Positions 1 through 9,809 of a stretch of DNA of 64,000 nt are shown in pieces. The notes under the pieces were generated by a model. The model was given only the letters and a program-made list of their open reading frames with translations, did not search any database and was not told where the DNA came from. Numbering within the stretch: the first letter of the stretch is position 1; each line of letters opens with the position of its first letter. The position numbers and the translations under genes are program-made. Location of the stretch: positions 66,251-130,250 of the forward strand of contig JANPIZ010000004.1 in assembly GCA_031425235.1 (NCBI GenBank), given 5' to 3'. The DNA comes from Candidatus Nomurabacteria bacterium (lineage in GTDB: Bacteria > Patescibacteriota > Minisyncoccia > Phycocordibacterales > UBA9973).

Positions 1-360
1 CGAAGAAAAATTTATTTTTGAAAATTTTTGAGATTTGTTTTTCTCCCCGATCTTTAGATCGGGATACAAGAAAACATAGTCGCTTCGCTCCTTGTTTTCT
101 AATAAATAAAAAAAACGACAAAATGCCGTCGACCCACTGGATAGGATTTATAGAAATTCTCTACCTATCTTCTTTGCGGCATAGAGACTATACCATATAT
201 TGGATACTTTGCAAATCTACTCTCCGTCTGACGATGTGAGAGCAGCTGAATCTTTTCCTTGTTCGCTAAAACTGCTAGCAAACAATATCCCGATCAAGCC
301 AAAGGCTATGATGACGATAAAAATAATCAGGGTTTTGAAAAAATGTTTGGTGACCATGGG

Positions 361-579
361 TTAGTAGTATCCAGTTATAAGTAAAACGATAAGGAGAACA
401 AGCGCGACGACCAGGAATGAATGCCATATATCCCAATGCATATAAATATTCTTTTTCTTCAAGTAATTAACGACAAATGTATTTGCTTCAAGAAATATCA
501 AAAATGGCAACACAGCTATCATGTACCACACTTGAAAAATTGCCTCCATCATAATACGCTCAGTATACCATGTGCCCAA
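361..579 (-). CDS. small hydrophobic membrane protein (hypothetical)
   Basis: 72-aa ORF with two hydrophobic helices. A second ~47-aa hydrophobic ORF follows on the same strand (~214-357). Confidence 0.3.
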   Translation of the reverse strand: MGTWYTERIMMEAIFQVWYMIAVLPFLIFLEANTFVVNYLKKKNIYMHWDIWHSFLVVALVLLIVLLITGYY

Positions 580-585
580 TAAAAC

Positions 586-614
586 AAAAACACCCCAGAA
601 TGGGGTGTTTTTTG
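586..614. terminator. bidirectional intrinsic terminator hairpin
   Basis: aaaaacaccccagaatggggtgtttttt: GC stem flanked by A-run and T-run, downstream of the minus-strand gene 632..1228. Confidence 0.6.
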
Positions 615-631
615 AATCATTTTTATTACTT

Positions 632-1228
632 TTACTTTACAGTAATTTTCGTAGCAGTATTTCCGTTACAAGATACCGCAACTTCGCCTTTGGTGCCCAT
701 AAAGCTGAGCATGTAGTGATATGGAAGAAGTTTGGCTTTTTTGTTTTGCACACTTAATTCAAGAGTTGCGTTAGAATTGTTGGCTATGAGGACCTGAGTA
801 CCCGCGGTAGATTCAAGTGTTGCTGGAGTGGAAACACAACTCGCGTTAAAGAGAAGGCTTTTACCAGAATATTGTTTTAAGGCTGCTTCGTAACTCAGAT
901 TCCCTTTACTGTCTGCTTTCATCATCGCTCCATCTTTATTGACTTCAGTTTTATTGTCTCCACATGGCTCGCCCGTATTCATGTTGTATAGGTCGCCATC
1001 TTTACATGCCTCGAAAACTTGTTCAAAACATGGTTTACCTGTAGTTCCACTAAAGATATCGCCCTGCTTACATCCCTCTACTACTTCTGTCGATTTTTCG
1101 CTCTTTTTATTATTAACTGCCATAACTATAGCTACGATAATAACAATTAAGGCAACGATGCCTAGTATTACATTCGTCTTATTCTCATTAAACATTGTTT
1201 TTATTTGGTTTATTGTATTGTTTTCCAT
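632..1228 (-). CDS. membrane-anchored secreted protein with tandem Cys-containing repeat (hypothetical)
   Basis: 198 aa; N-terminal TM helix (ILGIVALIVIIVAIVMAV); repeated G(D/E)...TG(K/E)PC motifs. Confidence 0.45.
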   Translation of the reverse strand: MENNTINQIKTMFNENKTNVILGIVALIVIIVAIVMAVNNKKSEKSTEVVEGCKQGDIFSGTTGKPCFEQVFEACKDGDLYNMNTGEPCGDNKTEVNKDGAMMKADSKGNLSYEAALKQYSGKSLLFNASCVSTPATLESTAGTQVLIANNSNATLELSVQNKKAKLLPYHYMLSFMGTKGEVAVSCNGNTATKITVK

Positions 1229-1242
1229 CCTGTAGTGAATTT

Positions 1243-1515
1243 TTAATTTGTTAAATTTTTCGACTTATATAAATAATCTTTTATTCTTCTTTTTATCAAT
1301 CTATTACCCTGCGTAGTTTTTAAATATTTTTCTCTACGCTTAGCATCACTTTCTTCTTTGCATGTTTCGTAGTAAATTATTTCCCATGGTGCATATCTTT
1401 TTGTGGAAAAATTTAACCCTTGATTATGTTCTTTAACTCTTTTCTTTAAATCTGCAGTATAGCCAATATATAATTCCTTGTTTTTAAGACTTTGTAATAT
1501 ATATACATAGAACAT
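1243..1515 (-). CDS. GIY-YIG nuclease-domain protein
   Basis: YVYILQS...GxxYIGxT...KRxxEHN motif typical of GIY-YIG (UPF0213-like) small proteins. Confidence 0.75.
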   Translation of the reverse strand: MFYVYILQSLKNKELYIGYTADLKKRVKEHNQGLNFSTKRYAPWEIIYYETCKEESDAKRREKYLKTTQGNRLIKRRIKDYLYKSKNLTN

Positions 1516-1524
1516 AATCGAATT

Positions 1525-1540
1525 AAAAATCTACTACGGG
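1525..1540. repeat. single arm of intergenic inverted-repeat family (AAAATCTACTACGGG)
   Basis: Same arm sequence as the paired copies at 10805, 20517, 23389, 41114 and 56289. Lies 25 nt upstream of the GIY-YIG gene start. Confidence 0.5.
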
Positions 1541-1582
1541 ATCCATCCATATAGTATAGCAAAATACTGCCTATTAGTAAAA

Positions 1583-1612
1583 CAAAAAACCACCCGATAA
1601 GGGTGGTTTTTT
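1583..1612. terminator. bidirectional intrinsic terminator
   Basis: aaaaaaccacccgataagggtggtttttt: perfect stem ccaccc/gggtgg with A/T runs on both sides. Confidence 0.65.
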
Positions 1613-1659
1613 GAATACTTTTTAAGGTGTATTAGCCAGACTGTATCTAATCTAACCTA

Positions 1660-3636
1660 TTAAGGAAGATTTAGGAATACAGGATCAGTCTTGTAGTCAC
1701 CAGGAAGATCGAAGTCAAATACGAAGTCGTCTCCACCAGCACCAGACAAGCCCCAACCGATAGCTTCAAGAGCAACTTGAGCGAATGCATCGCCAGTTGC
1801 AACTGCGCTAACAGTCAAAGTGATAGTTTCAGATGTGCCTTCTTCAATTAAGAATGCGACACCACCTTGTGTATCACCTGTTGATGTTGTAGTACAAGAA
1901 GCGGTATTGCTACCAGGGTTTGTAATACTAAATGAAGTAGCAGTAGATACTTCAGAACCATCGTTATCTTCTACACAAGTATTGTCGATTGCGATATCTC
2001 CATCAAATGCAGTAACTTTGTATTTGATTACGAATGTACCAATATCTCCAACAGTTGCAGTATCAGAAGATTGTTTTGATTCTGTAGCACTTACCAATTC
2101 AATATTGAATCCTACGTCGTAAGTAGCGTGAGCTTCACCTGCAGCTGTACCTGTAAGGTCAGCAGCACCTAATTCTTCACCACTTTCGTCTTCAGCTTCA
2201 ATAGCGTCAACTTCTGTACCTGTGAGCTCTACTTTTACAGTATCGCCATCATCAAGTACTCCACCAACGTCTTGTAAGCTTACAGAAACAGTGAATTTTA
2301 CTTCATCACCAGCTTCGATATCTATATCAAGATCATCGAAAGTAACAGCACCACCTGTAGGAACATCCTCAGTAGCTATTTCTTCCCCATCCATCCATAG
2401 TTTAGCTTCAACAACTATAACAGCTTCATCTGTTTCTCCAGTTGTTGTAATAAGAACTGGGATTTCAGTAACGTTTATGTCTGAATCTCCTTCCGCCTCA
2501 AGAGTGAAAGCAAGAACTTCAACATCGTCTGTATCATCAGAAGCGTCTACGTTGATAACGTGAGCATCGTTGATATCATCCTCAGCTGAATCCAAAGCAA
2601 CTTTCAACTCAGCATCAGATGCAGTAGCAAAATCTGCGAAGTCAAATGTTTCCTCAACTGTATCGTCAACAATTTCTTCGTCAACATCAAGTGTTAGAGT
2701 TTCTGTAGTTACAACTCCTTCAGCATCTTCGAATCGAACGTTTGATACACCTCCGTACCACACATCTGTATCAATATCGCCAGAATCAAGATTTGAAAGT
2801 GCACTTACAGCAACTGTGAACTCTTCAGTATCACCCTTTCGTACGATTGCACCGTCAAGAGAAACTGATTTTGACCATACATCGCTATTTTCAGAGAAAG
2901 AGTCTACGTCAGCTTCACCAACCTTTGTAGAACCCATCCAGATAGAAACTGATTCTGCGTAATCATCAAGATTTTCAGAGTCAGCTGCTGTTCCTTGGAA
3001 GAATTCAACTTTTACAGAAGTAACTTCAACGTCTGACTCATCGTCAGCTTCTACGTCGAAAGAAATAATTTCTACATCTTCCTCACCTTCACCAACCTCT
3101 TCACTTGAGTAAGATGAATTTGCTTCTATAGTGATTGAACCTGCTCCACCGGTTAGTGGACCACCAGTTGATGGTGTTGTTGTTGTACTATCACATTTCT
3201 TGCCAGTAGTTGGACTGTATCCAGCTGTTGATGAACAACCTGCTGGAAGTCCTGTTGATGGACCAGAAGTACATGGAAGACCAGTAGTTGTACTATATCC
3301 AGAAGCTGAAGTACAGCCAGCTGGGAAGTTACCACTAACAGAACCATTTAACGCAGCACGAGTCATAGGGCCAACGATACCGTCAGCAGTTAGACCCTTA
3401 CTTGTTTGGAAAGCCTTAACTGCAGCTAAAGTCATAGGACCGAAGCTACCGTCTGGGTTGGTTCCAACTTTTCCCTGAAGACATTGAACTTCAACGCCCT
3501 TAGAACCTAATTTCAATGTAACAGTGACTGCACAATCAGCTGAAGCTGGAGTTGCCTTAACAGCAACTGCACCTACGAACATAACTGCTACAACCAAAGT
3601 TCCAAGAAAGAATTTTGATTTTAATAAGTTACTCAT
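1660..3636 (-). CDS. cell-surface protein with two peptidoglycan-binding-like domains, S/T/G linker and a large acidic domain
   Basis: N-terminal signal/TM; two GPMT(L/R)AA(V/L)..(F/A)Q....L.ADGIVGP repeats (PG_binding_1-like); Cys-containing PAGC repeats; D/E-rich C-terminal two thirds. Confidence 0.55.
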   Translation of the reverse strand: MSNLLKSKFFLGTLVVAVMFVGAVAVKATPASADCAVTVTLKLGSKGVEVQCLQGKVGTNPDGSFGPMTLAAVKAFQTSKGLTADGIVGPMTRAALNGSVSGNFPAGCTSASGYSTTTGLPCTSGPSTGLPAGCSSTAGYSPTTGKKCDSTTTTPSTGGPLTGGAGSITIEANSSYSSEEVGEGEEDVEIISFDVEADDESDVEVTSVKVEFFQGTAADSENLDDYAESVSIWMGSTKVGEADVDSFSENSDVWSKSVSLDGAIVRKGDTEEFTVAVSALSNLDSGDIDTDVWYGGVSNVRFEDAEGVVTTETLTLDVDEEIVDDTVEETFDFADFATASDAELKVALDSAEDDINDAHVINVDASDDTDDVEVLAFTLEAEGDSDINVTEIPVLITTTGETDEAVIVVEAKLWMDGEEIATEDVPTGGAVTFDDLDIDIEAGDEVKFTVSVSLQDVGGVLDDGDTVKVELTGTEVDAIEAEDESGEELGAADLTGTAAGEAHATYDVGFNIELVSATESKQSSDTATVGDIGTFVIKYKVTAFDGDIAIDNTCVEDNDGSEVSTATSFSITNPGSNTASCTTTSTGDTQGGVAFLIEEGTSETITLTVSAVATGDAFAQVALEAIGWGLSGAGGDDFVFDFDLPGDYKTDPVFLNLP

Positions 3637-4117
3637 AAATTTTTATAATTTCTACGCCATTAATAAGTTTCGACAAAACTAAAAGCGTAATTTTCTTATC
3701 ATTATCTTACTCGTCATTAACTAATTAATAATTGCTAATAATGCGACGAATAAATAAATAATGAATAGAGATAAACATAATTGAAAACTAAATCTAAACA
3801 AATAGTATTTAATTTTCAATGACCTTACTTTTACCGAGAGATACACAATTGTATTGCTCGGCATTTATTTTCATACTGTATCACTTGAAATTTTTTCGAC
3901 GAAATTGCAAGCGAGGATCAGAACGAAAATAAATTATTGTTAGATTATGAATTACACAAAAAAATGCGCAGTTCATAACCACAACAACATTATAATATGG
4001 TGGCTCGAAACCGAGCAACAATATTATGTGGATAACTTACCCACGGATTACATATTTACATATTTTTGTCGAAAATGCAAATCAAAACCAAGGTCAGCAC
4101 CTGCTTATAATTGACGA

Positions 4118-4906
4118 TTAAAGAGGCAATTCATTACGTACTAAATCACCCTCAATTTTAAGTGAATATTTGCTCCAGCGTTTTTCTCCTTTTTTATCGA
4201 GGATGTTGTCTTTGACCATTGATACGAGCTCCCGTTGCAAGGTTTTTTCACCACAAGTAGCAAGAGCCGGTGAACCTTTCTGCTTTACTTCTGTTATGGT
4301 GGCGTTACCGTTATTGTCTTTTATTGCCTGGATGATATCTGCCCGACGTTGCTTTTTGAGGCCAAAAAATTGATTCTCAGAGCTATTATTTATGGGAAGA
4401 TTGATGCCTTTATTTTTATTATTGTCAGGTATTCTAAGGCGTGTTTCTGTCGACATCTGTTCAGCAAGCGAAACTTGAGGTTCTTTTAAAAATTCTTCGA
4501 GCCAGGCGTGGCTTACGATGCTCGTTTTTTGTTTAGTTTCTCCGAGAGTTTGATAGAAAATCATAAATTCTTTTTTTAGAATATTGCAGTTCATTTCAGA
4601 AATTAAATGGATAGTCAAAGAGATGTCCAATAGAGATAAAATAGCTTGTACTTTGTCCTTGATGTCTGACCTTGATTGGGAACTGATGTCCGATAAAATA
4701 TTAGCGCCAAGTGTCCTTAAGTTGAGGCGTATCGGTTCTGTTTTTTCAATGATGTCCGTGACAATATACAATGCCGTAATAAGCTTATTTAATTTTTGAT
4801 ATGAGTTGGTCATTGCTTGATCTTCTTCATAAAGGACATTCAAAGAAAGGTTGTCTTTTAAGAGATTTTTTGTAGTGTCCTTTATATTTTTATCATGTCC
4901 GAACAT
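4118..4906 (-). CDS. hypothetical protein with C-terminal winged-helix-like segment
   Basis: 262 aa; C-terminus RRADIIQAIKDNNGNATITEVKQKGSPALATCGEKTLQRELVSMVKDNIL resembles a wHTH DNA-binding fold; no family recognised. Confidence 0.4.
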   Translation of the reverse strand: MFGHDKNIKDTTKNLLKDNLSLNVLYEEDQAMTNSYQKLNKLITALYIVTDIIEKTEPIRLNLRTLGANILSDISSQSRSDIKDKVQAILSLLDISLTIHLISEMNCNILKKEFMIFYQTLGETKQKTSIVSHAWLEEFLKEPQVSLAEQMSTETRLRIPDNNKNKGINLPINNSSENQFFGLKKQRRADIIQAIKDNNGNATITEVKQKGSPALATCGEKTLQRELVSMVKDNILDKKGEKRWSKYSLKIEGDLVRNELPL

Positions 4907-4931
4907 ATGTCTTTTATATCATCAAGCGAGG

Positions 4932-4961
4932 GATAAAACAAGAGGTACCTCTTGTTTTATC
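4932..4961. promoter_or_regulatory. 30-bp perfect palindrome in a divergent promoter region (candidate operator)
   Basis: gataaaacaagaggtacctcttgttttatc equals its own reverse complement. It lies ~26 nt upstream of the 4118..4906 start and ~200 nt upstream of ftsK. Confidence 0.4.
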
Positions 4962-5111
4962 TCGATTGCCAATGATATATCGTAATCCATATGTGGGGCA
5001 CAGAAAATTGCAAGATACCTACTATAAAAAATAAACGCAATGTTCTAGAGATCTGGCCGCACCTAACTTGAGCAGAGCAATTTTTTTTATGTTAAAATAT
5101 ACATCATGGCA

Positions 5112-5150
5112 CCTGCCCGCAATGCTTTCAGCATAGCTGATGCAGGCGGG
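5112..5150 (+). repeat. copy of the ~39-nt palindromic mini-element (5' of ftsK)
   Basis: cctgcccgcaatgctttcagcatagctgatgcaggcggg. Forms a 17-codon mini-ORF (MAPARNAFSIADAGGKK) whose TGA overlaps the ftsK ATG (ATGA). Confidence 0.8.
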
Positions 5151-5155
5151 AAAAA

Positions 5156-7357
5156 ATGAAACAAAATAAAAAAAATAAAACAACCAAAGAAAAGACGCAC
5201 ATACAAGACAACTCGAAAGGATTAAAAACTCACACAAAACACGGCATCGTAGGTGTTGTTTTTTTTGTGTTAGCGTTATTTTTTTTAATGGCGTGGCTCA
5301 ACATTGCTGGAGTAGCCGGTGACTTTTTTTACAACACACTATTCCTCCCTTTGCTTGGTTTTGGATACATACTATTACCTACACTTTTTGTATTACTTGG
5401 TTATTCATTTATAAAATCCGAAGTTCCGAATATTGGATGGGCACGAGTGTTTAGTGGTTCACTTTTTCTCCTCGCTGGTGAAGGCATTATAGATATCGCT
5501 TCCGGCACTCATGCAGGCGGACTTATCGGAGAAATTTTATCAACACCATTTGTATCATTGTTTGATGTGTACGCAAGTATACTTTTCCTCGGAGCAATTT
5601 TGATCATTTCTATTTTAGTAATGTTTGATGCAAAGATAGACTTCACTGCTATGCTCCAAAAAATAAAATCATTCTTTGTAAAAGAAACCCCGGTGATCGA
5701 AGACGATGTTGCGCTCCAACAGACCACTGAAGAAGAGGAAATGAATCCGCCGAAAGAAACTGCGACTGAAAAAATAAAAAGTATATTGAGTTCAGTAAAA
5801 TCAAAACCTGCAGAAGAAGAGGAGGAAATGCCCCTAAAAAACTATCAGCAGAAAAAAAGTGGGCTCGTCTCTACATACGTCCCTCCCCCACTATCTCTCC
5901 TTGCTGAGGACAGCGGTAAACCAAACACGGGTGACATCAAAGCAAATGCAAATATTATAAAACGTACGCTCGCAAACTTCGGTATCGAAGTTGAGATGGA
6001 TGAGATCACTGTTGGACCCACTGTTACTCGCTACGCACTCAAACCCGCCGAAGGAGTTAAACTTTCTCGTATTGTTGGTTTGCAAAATGATCTTGCTCTT
6101 TCCCTCGCCGCACACCCGATACGTATCGAAGCACCGATCCCTGGTAAGTCACTCGTAGGTATCGAAATACCAAACAAATCAAAATCAATTGTTGGACTTG
6201 CTACGCTCCTCTCTGATAATAAATTCAAGGATTCACCAAAACCACTGACGATGGCTCTCGGTCGCTCAATATCTGGTAAGGCGATGTTTAGCAACTTGGC
6301 AAAAATGCCGCATGTTCTGGTCGCCGGTACTACTGGTTCCGGAAAATCAGTAACTATCCATTCAATGATCACTTCCCTTTTATATAGAAATGGACCTGAC
6401 GACCTCAAATTCATCCTAATCGATCCAAAACGCGTCGAGCTTACGCTTTACAACAACATTCCTCACCTACTCACACCAGTGATCACTGATGCCAAGAAAA
6501 CAATACTTGCGCTCAAATGGGCAGCAAAAGAAATGGATCGACGATACGATATATTGGAACAAGAATCAGTGCGTGACATTGAATCGTATCATAATAATAT
6601 ATACGGCAAAGGTCCGAAAAAAATGAAGAAAAATAGTGAGGGTGTAGACGAAGAGGTGGTTCCGGACCGCATGCCTTATATTGTCATCTTTATCGACGAG
6701 CTTGCAGATATTATGAGCGCCTATCCACGAGAACTTGAGTCAGCCATCGTTCGCCTTGCACAAATGTCTCGTGCGGTGGGTATCCACTTAGTCCTTTCTA
6801 CGCAGCGGCCTGAAGTAAATGTCATCACTGGACTTATCAAAGCTAACGTTCCTGCTCGCGTCGCCTTGAAGGTTTCTTCGCAAATAGACTCACGTACAAT
6901 ATTGGATGCAGGAGGTGCGGAAAAACTCCTCGGTGCTGGTGACATGCTCTACTCTTCTGGTGAGGCGCAGCCTGAACGCCTTCAATCTGCATTTATTTCT
7001 GAAGGAGAAGTAAAGAAAGTAGTAAAATATCTCGCCGATGCATATCGGGACGAAATATCAGATGAGATAACACTTACTGCAGCCGCTGTAGCAGGCGATA
7101 AAAGCATTTTCGAAAGCACTCTCGACGACGATGGCGATGAAGATGAAATGTATGAGGAAGCTCGTGCGTGTGTCATCGAAGCAGGTAAAGCATCGACATC
7201 ATACCTACAAAGAAAGCTAAAACTGGGTTACGCACGTGCTGCTCGCCTCATGGATACACTCGAAGAACGAGGTGTTATCGGACCTGGAGATGGTGCAAAA
7301 CCTCGCGAGGTTTTGGAAAAAATCACTCATGATGAAAATGGAGCAAATGTAATATAG
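5156..7357 (+). CDS. ftsK: DNA translocase FtsK/SpoIIIE
   Basis: N-terminal TM helices, Walker A GTTGSGKS, C-terminal gamma wHTH (YLQRKLKLGYARAARLMDTLEERGVIGP). Confidence 0.9.
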   Translation: MKQNKKNKTTKEKTHIQDNSKGLKTHTKHGIVGVVFFVLALFFLMAWLNIAGVAGDFFYNTLFLPLLGFGYILLPTLFVLLGYSFIKSEVPNIGWARVFSGSLFLLAGEGIIDIASGTHAGGLIGEILSTPFVSLFDVYASILFLGAILIISILVMFDAKIDFTAMLQKIKSFFVKETPVIEDDVALQQTTEEEEMNPPKETATEKIKSILSSVKSKPAEEEEEMPLKNYQQKKSGLVSTYVPPPLSLLAEDSGKPNTGDIKANANIIKRTLANFGIEVEMDEITVGPTVTRYALKPAEGVKLSRIVGLQNDLALSLAAHPIRIEAPIPGKSLVGIEIPNKSKSIVGLATLLSDNKFKDSPKPLTMALGRSISGKAMFSNLAKMPHVLVAGTTGSGKSVTIHSMITSLLYRNGPDDLKFILIDPKRVELTLYNNIPHLLTPVITDAKKTILALKWAAKEMDRRYDILEQESVRDIESYHNNIYGKGPKKMKKNSEGVDEEVVPDRMPYIVIFIDELADIMSAYPRELESAIVRLAQMSRAVGIHLVLSTQRPEVNVITGLIKANVPARVALKVSSQIDSRTILDAGGAEKLLGAGDMLYSSGEAQPERLQSAFISEGEVKKVVKYLADAYRDEISDEITLTAAAVAGDKSIFESTLDDDGDEDEMYEEARACVIEAGKASTSYLQRKLKLGYARAARLMDTLEERGVIGPGDGAKPREVLEKITHDENGANVI

Positions 7358-7375
7358 TGTGGTATAGTAAGGATA

Positions 7376-7720
7376 ATGAGCATTACACTAAAAAAATTCC
7401 TACAAATTAGCAGCGTCTCTCTATTTTTCATTATTATTGTCGTATTTGCTTTTTTTAGGTCATACAATATCGTCTTTGGGCTGAAAATCAGAGATGTAAA
7501 CATCGTGGATGGATCTCGAGCCTTAGATGACACGTTACATATAACCGGAAACGCCAAAAATGCAGTAAATCTCGCTATAAATGGACGAACAATATCGATA
7601 AATCATGCAGGTGATTTTAATGAGACAATAGCTCTTCTTTCGGGGTATAATATAATAAACATAACTGCCAAAGATAAGTTTGGGTATGTTGATGAGAAGA
7701 ATTATAAATTAATGTATTAA
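7376..7720 (+). CDS. hypothetical membrane-anchored protein
   Basis: 114 aa; N-terminal TM ([14 protein letters not shown]) then beta-rich segment. Confidence 0.35.
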   Translation: MSITLKKFLQISSVSLFFIIIVVFAFFRSYNIVFGLKIRDVNIVDGSRALDDTLHITGNAKNAVNLAINGRTISINHAGDFNETIALLSGYNIINITAKDKFGYVDEKNYKLMY

Positions 7721-7724
7721 TTGT

Positions 7725-8804
7725 ATGATAAAGAAAAAAGTAAAAAAAGAGGATAAAACAGTGGGTGTGAGTGTGCTAGAAGATACACTCAAATCAATTC
7801 AAAATAAATTTGGAGAAGGATCGATCATGAAGTTCGGCGATTCCCCTAAGGTGGATATCAACGTCATACCTACTGGATCTATCGGACTCGACGAAGCGCT
7901 CGGTGTCGGTGGCATACCCCGTGGCCGAATCATCGAAATATTTGGACCGGAATCATCAGGCAAAACTACCCTTTCTCTACATATAGTAGCCGAAGCACAG
8001 AAGTCGGGTGGAGTGTGTGCTTATATTGATGCAGAACACGCAATGGATCCTGAGTATACTAAAAAGCTCGGAGTTAATATAAATAACTTACTTATCTCTC
8101 AACCCGACAATGGTGAACAAGCACTTGAAATAGTGGAGAGCTTGGTGCGCACTGGCAAGATCGACGTGATCGTCATTGACTCAGTGGCTGCGCTTACACC
8201 AAAAGATGAAATCGAGGGCGATATGGGAGCGTACCACGTCGGTAAACAAGCTCGGCTTATGTCCCAAGCACTTCGTAAACTCACAGCTATAGTGGCTCGT
8301 TCAAAGACTGTGGTTATCTTCATCAACCAAATCAGAATGCAGATAGGAGTGATGTTTGGTAATCCAGAGACTACACCAGGAGGTAAGGCGCTCAAATTTT
8401 ATACTTCTGTAAGACTTGATATTCGTAAAATTGCTCAAATTAAAAAAGGTGAAGAAGTCGTCGGCTCTCGCACTCGAGTGAAAGTAGTCAAAAATAAAGT
8501 AGCTGCACCATTCAAACAAACAGAATTTGATATTATTTATGGTGAAGGTATTTCAAGCGAAGGAGAAATGATGGCTCTCGGCGAAAAATTTAAAATTGTT
8601 GAAAAAACTGGTAACTCATACTTCTATGCCCCTACTGGTCCTGCCCGCAATGCTTCTAGCACAGCTAGTGCAGGCGGGGAAAAAGCTGAGAAGATAAAGC
8701 TCGGTGTCGGATATGACGCTACCCGTAAATTCCTCAAGGAAAACAAAAAAATAGGCGACGCGATACTCAAAGAAATCAAAAAGAAGTTTAAAGAAGAACT
8801 TTAA
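7725..8804 (+). CDS. recA: recombinase RecA carrying an in-frame mini-element insertion near the C-terminus
   Basis: GPESSGKTT Walker A, full RecA core; 13-aa [13 protein letters not shown] inserted between YAPTG and EKAEKIKLG relative to canonical RecA. Confidence 0.9.
   Translation: MIKKKVKKEDKTVGVSVLEDTLKSIQNKFGEGSIMKFGDSPKVDINVIPTGSIGLDEALGVGGIPRGRIIEIFGPESSGKTTLSLHIVAEAQKSGGVCAYIDAEHAMDPEYTKKLGVNINNLLISQPDNGEQALEIVESLVRTGKIDVIVIDSVAALTPKDEIEGDMGAYHVGKQARLMSQALRKLTAIVARSKTVVIFINQIRMQIGVMFGNPETTPGGKALKFYTSVRLDIRKIAQIKKGEEVVGSRTRVKVVKNKVAAPFKQTEFDIIYGEGISSEGEMMALGEKFKIVEKTGNSYFYAPTGPARNASSTASAGGEKAEKIKLGVGYDATRKFLKENKKIGDAILKEIKKKFKEEL
8640..8679 (+). repeat. palindromic mini-element copy in frame in recA
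   Basis: cctgcccgcaatgcttctagcacagctagtgcaggcgggg; central hairpin ctagc-aca-gctag. Confidence 0.85.
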
Positions 8805-8836
8805 AAATAATAAAAAATTAAAAATCAAACTTTTAG

Positions 8837-8905
8837 CCGGTACAGATTTTTGAAGCTTCAAAAATCCTGAAGTTGGCTTGCCGCCCTCCGCCAAACCCCT
8901 TAAAA
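8837..8905 (+). repeat. ~70-nt structured repeat (family B) downstream of recA
   Basis: GGTACaGATTTTTgaagcttcAAAAATCCTGAAGTT-GC-rich-AAACCCCtTAAAA. Near-identical organisation to the reverse-complement copy at 35896..35969. Confidence 0.6.
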
Positions 8906-8947
8906 GTTTATTTTGATTTTTTTATTTAAATTTGGTAGCATACCTTT

Positions 8948-9526
8948 ATGGCACAACTACAATATAACGAAATACGCGAAAAGAAGATCATTATTTACAG
9001 CGGCGAGCCCTGCGAAGTTGTCGAGTCACATGTGGCTCGTACTCAGCAACGTAAGCCCCAAAACCAGGTCAAATTGAAGAGTTTGATATCAGGTAAAACT
9101 ATTGCAGCCACTTTCCACGTTTCCGATTCTGCCGACGAAGCTGACATCGAGAAAAAGGATATTACATTCCTCTACCAGAACAAAGGTGAATACTGGTTCT
9201 GTGACCCTGAAGAAAAAAGTAAGCGATTCAAGCTTGATGAAAATCTTATTGGAAACTCAGGTAAATTCTTGAAACAAAATGGAAATGTGACTGCCCTCGT
9301 CTGGGACGATGATGATACTGAAAAAATAATTAAAATTAGTTTACCTATCAAAATGGAATTTTTGGTAAAAGAAGCTCCTCCTGCAGTCCGTGGTGATACC
9401 TCTAAAGGAGCAAACAAAATTATAACTCTGGAAAATGGCACAACCTTAAACGCTCCTATGTTTATAAGCGAAGGTGAAAGTATCCGAGTAAACACCGAAA
9501 CCGGCGAATACGTAGAGCGAGTTTAA
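8948..9526 (+). CDS. efp: elongation factor P
   Basis: 192 aa, three-domain EF-P-like sequence (KOW-like N-terminus, OB domains). Confidence 0.75.
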   Translation: MAQLQYNEIREKKIIIYSGEPCEVVESHVARTQQRKPQNQVKLKSLISGKTIAATFHVSDSADEADIEKKDITFLYQNKGEYWFCDPEEKSKRFKLDENLIGNSGKFLKQNGNVTALVWDDDDTEKIIKISLPIKMEFLVKEAPPAVRGDTSKGANKIITLENGTTLNAPMFISEGESIRVNTETGEYVERV

Positions 9527-9545
9527 GCTAAAAACTAAACAAATA

Positions 9546-9572
9546 AAAATCCCTCGTCTGAGGGATTTTTTG
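9546..9572. terminator. bidirectional intrinsic terminator between efp (+) and rpsR (-)
   Basis: aaaaatccctcgtctgagggatttttt. Confidence 0.7.
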
Positions 9573-9581
9573 ATTTTAAAT

Positions 9582-9782
9582 CTATCTGATTATAAATGGT
9601 AACAGTCCCATAAATCGTGCGTGCTTGATCGCATTTCCGAGGTTACGTTGGTTTTTAGCAGTGACCCCACTTCTCTTTCTATTCATGATCTTACCACTTG
9701 GATTCAAAAAACGCTTTAGAATCTCTATATCTTTGTAGTCTATATATTTTATATTGTTTGCTGAAAAGTAATCTTGTTTCAT
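9582..9782 (-). CDS. rpsR: 30S ribosomal protein S18
   Basis: 66 aa, YIDYKDIEILKRFL...RKRSGVTAKNQRNLGNAIKHARFMGLLPF typical of S18. Confidence 0.85.
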   Translation of the reverse strand: MKQDYFSANNIKYIDYKDIEILKRFLNPSGKIMNRKRSGVTAKNQRNLGNAIKHARFMGLLPFIIR

Positions 9783-9809
9783 AGTATTTTGATTGATGAT
9801 TTGTAATTG

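Noticed and set aside
1820-3478. Several 100-130-aa ORFs on the plus strand (1820..2122, 2222..2563, 2570..2962, 3131..3478)
   Set aside because: All are embedded antisense in the 658-aa surface-protein gene and have low-complexity S/T/P-rich translations typical of antisense reading of D/E/T-rich codons.
4000-4016. Possible tRNA fragment (ggctcg-aaa-ccgagc hairpin)
   Set aside because: It is a 6-bp stem with a 3-nt loop and no cloverleaf partners nearby. It does not match T-arm geometry (5-bp stem, 7-nt TΨC loop).
7725-8804. Possibility that the PARNAS..AGG segments are inteins or native conserved sequence
   Set aside because: They are only 13-14 aa with no intein motifs. The same ~40-nt DNA sequence recurs in unrelated genes and in non-coding DNA, which points to a DNA-level element rather than protein homology.
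8616-8894. Antisense ORFs 8616..8894(-), 23403..23744(+) and 5022..5237(-) sharing a [13 protein letters not shown] peptide
   Set aside because: They are reverse-complement readings of the palindromic mini-element, which is stop-free on both strands. Each lies antisense within or against a strongly supported gene (recA, ileS, ftsK leader).
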